DNA of 64,000 nucleotides, taken from contig JARLHP010000198.1 of the NCBI GenBank assembly GCA_031292195.1, positions 432 through 64,431 of the forward strand, written 5' to 3'. Positions 63,255 through 64,000 of this stretch are shown in pieces (position 1 is the first letter of the stretch; every line of letters begins with the position of its first letter). Position numbers and translations under genes: made by a program. This DNA is from Syntrophobacteraceae bacterium (lineage in GTDB: Bacteria > Desulfobacterota > Syntrophobacteria > Syntrophobacterales > Syntrophobacteraceae). The notes beneath the pieces were generated by a model, which made no database searches, had not been told where the DNA came from, and worked only from the letters and a program-made list of their open reading frames with translations.

Positions 63255-63320
63255 AACGCCGTTCACTTACCTCCCCGGGACGGACCATTCCGGACACGGG
63301 GAAGAAAGAGTCTGCCTCAA

Positions 63321-63587
63321 ATAGTGGTACCTGCAGACCAGGATTCACACCTTTTCATCTTTTGCTTCATACACAAGGCGATATTCTGAATCGATCCCGC
63401 AGGACCAGCATCCGGCGAGTTGGTGTTTTAATGGTTCAGCCCTACCGGTCCCGGCAAAGGGGTCTCGCTGGATTTCCCTGATAAGCTTAATGATTCGAAG
63501 CGCCTTTTTTCGATCTTTTTCAACCCGCCAGGCAAGGTCTTCAAAGGCGGCGGGATCAAATTCCAAGCTCAGCACGGGCTTTGTCAA
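63321..63587 (-). pseudogene. yoeB: YoeB/Txe-family toxin with an in-frame TGA (63345-63347) before the catalytic C-terminus
   Basis: ...FDPAAFEDLAWRVEKDRKKALRIIKLIREIQRDPFAGTGRAEPLKHQLAGCWSCGIDSEYRLVYEAKDEKV[TGA]ILVCRYHY. The residues after the stop continue in frame and are the conserved YoeB C-terminal RYHY motif. The normal stop after HY is also missing. Confidence 0.7.
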
Positions 63588-63714
63588 GCGGAATACCCCC
63601 TCTTCGCTCCTTGGCTTCCAGCAGCCGTTTTTTCATTTTCTCGCTCTTGAGCAGATATGCGGTCTCTTTCTCGGACAGAATCTCTTTCCACAATTCGATT
63701 CGGATCAACCCTCT
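63556..63714 (-). pseudogene. yefM: C-terminal half of a Phd/YefM antitoxin (N-terminal DNA-binding half missing)
   Basis: My translation is ...IELWKEILSEKETAYLLKSEKMKKRLLEAKERRGGIPLDKARAELGI*. The frame is closed by a stop at 63715-63717, only ~30 nt from the tesB stop. Confidence 0.5.
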
Positions 63715-63743
63715 TTATCCCACGAACACCGCCCAGTTGCGAT

Positions 63744-64000
63744 TTACCCATTTTTGCCGCGAAACCGGATGAGTCCCTCCTGGGCTACCGTGGCCACCAA
63801 AGCGCCCTGGCGGTTGAATATCCTGCCTATGGCCAGGCCGCGGGCGCCGCCGGCGTTGGGACTTTCCACGGCATAGAGCAGCCAGTCGTCCATACGAAAC
63901 GGCCGGTGGAACCACATGGCGTGATCGAGGCTTGCGACCTGCATGCCCGGATCCAACAAACCATGACCGTGCGGGTAAAGAGCGGTCGTCATAAAGCCGT
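63744..64000 (-). CDS. tesB: Acyl-CoA thioesterase II, 3' part (5' end beyond the right window edge)
   Basis: ...ASLDHAMWFHRPFRMDDWLLYAVESPNAGGARGLAIGRIFNRQGALVATVAQEGLIR matches the TesB C-terminal hot-dog domain. The frame stays open to position 64000. Confidence 0.85.
   Translation of the reverse strand, partial: GFMTTALYPHGHGLLDPGMQVASLDHAMWFHRPFRMDDWLLYAVESPNAGGARGLAIGRIFNRQGALVATVAQEGLIRFRGKNG

Noticed and set aside
1-64000. Genome-wide reassignment of TGA, suggested by three in-frame TGAs
   Set aside because: Several clearly complete genes terminate with TGA (for example the giant helicase at 28188-28190, the OmpR-type regulator at 21620-22 and mvhD at 12947-49). Only the mvhD site aligns with a conserved Cys.

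Overview
GC-rich bacterial chromosomal segment. Its gene content suggests an anaerobic bacterium that uses sigma-54 and selenocysteine: anaerobic-type cbiF/cbiG/cbiH, an MvhD-like selenoprotein, a RACo corrinoid activase, HDOD, PEP-CTERM and many hybrid histidine kinases. A Desulfobacterota-like origin is only an inference.

Left part (1-21.6 kb): an MscS-type channel that runs off the left edge and is absent from the ORF track; kup; vapB plus a truncated vapC; small hydrolases; an HDOD protein; cbiH-cbiG-cbiF; mvhD with an in-frame UGA at a conserved Cys position; a GT2; a DUF559 pseudogene split by a MITE-like repeat; a radical SAM protein; DUF1638 + RACo; a SemiSWEET; a Spy/CpxP-like protein and an OmpR-type regulator.

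Middle part (21.6-45.4 kb) is a heavily rearranged accessory region. It holds a sensor kinase reduced to its last ~65 codons, an AT-rich flavodoxin/ferredoxin gene, and a 1728-aa DEDD-exonuclease + RecQ + UvrD triple-fusion protein. Three diverged copies of the junction between that gene's 3' end and a convergent phd-vapC module bracket a lower-GC cargo (two hybrid PAS kinases + an MCP) and an orphan membrane protein. Two tandem KfrA-like coiled-coil genes follow, then a decayed kdp locus: sigma-54 promoter, small ORF, kdpF, no kdpA/kdpB, a triple-frameshifted kdpC and a frameshifted NtrC-type regulator.

Right part (45.4-64 kb): a DadA-like oxidoreductase, a histidine phosphatase, rpoH, a hopanoid cluster (shc, a B12-radical-SAM HpnP/HpnR-like gene, an MMPL/HpnN-like gene), two more MITE copies, dtd, an HD protein, malQ, a GNAT, an AT-rich PEP-CTERM protein + PilZ, a decayed yefM-yoeB pair and the 3' end of tesB.

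No rRNA, tRNA or CRISPR array was seen. The most interesting items are the exonuclease-RecQ-UvrD giant, the triplicated junction/cargo structure next to it, the Sec-containing MvhD, two dispersed repeat families, and an unusually high density of nonsense or frameshifted genes. All family assignments come from motif recognition by eye; no database search was run.
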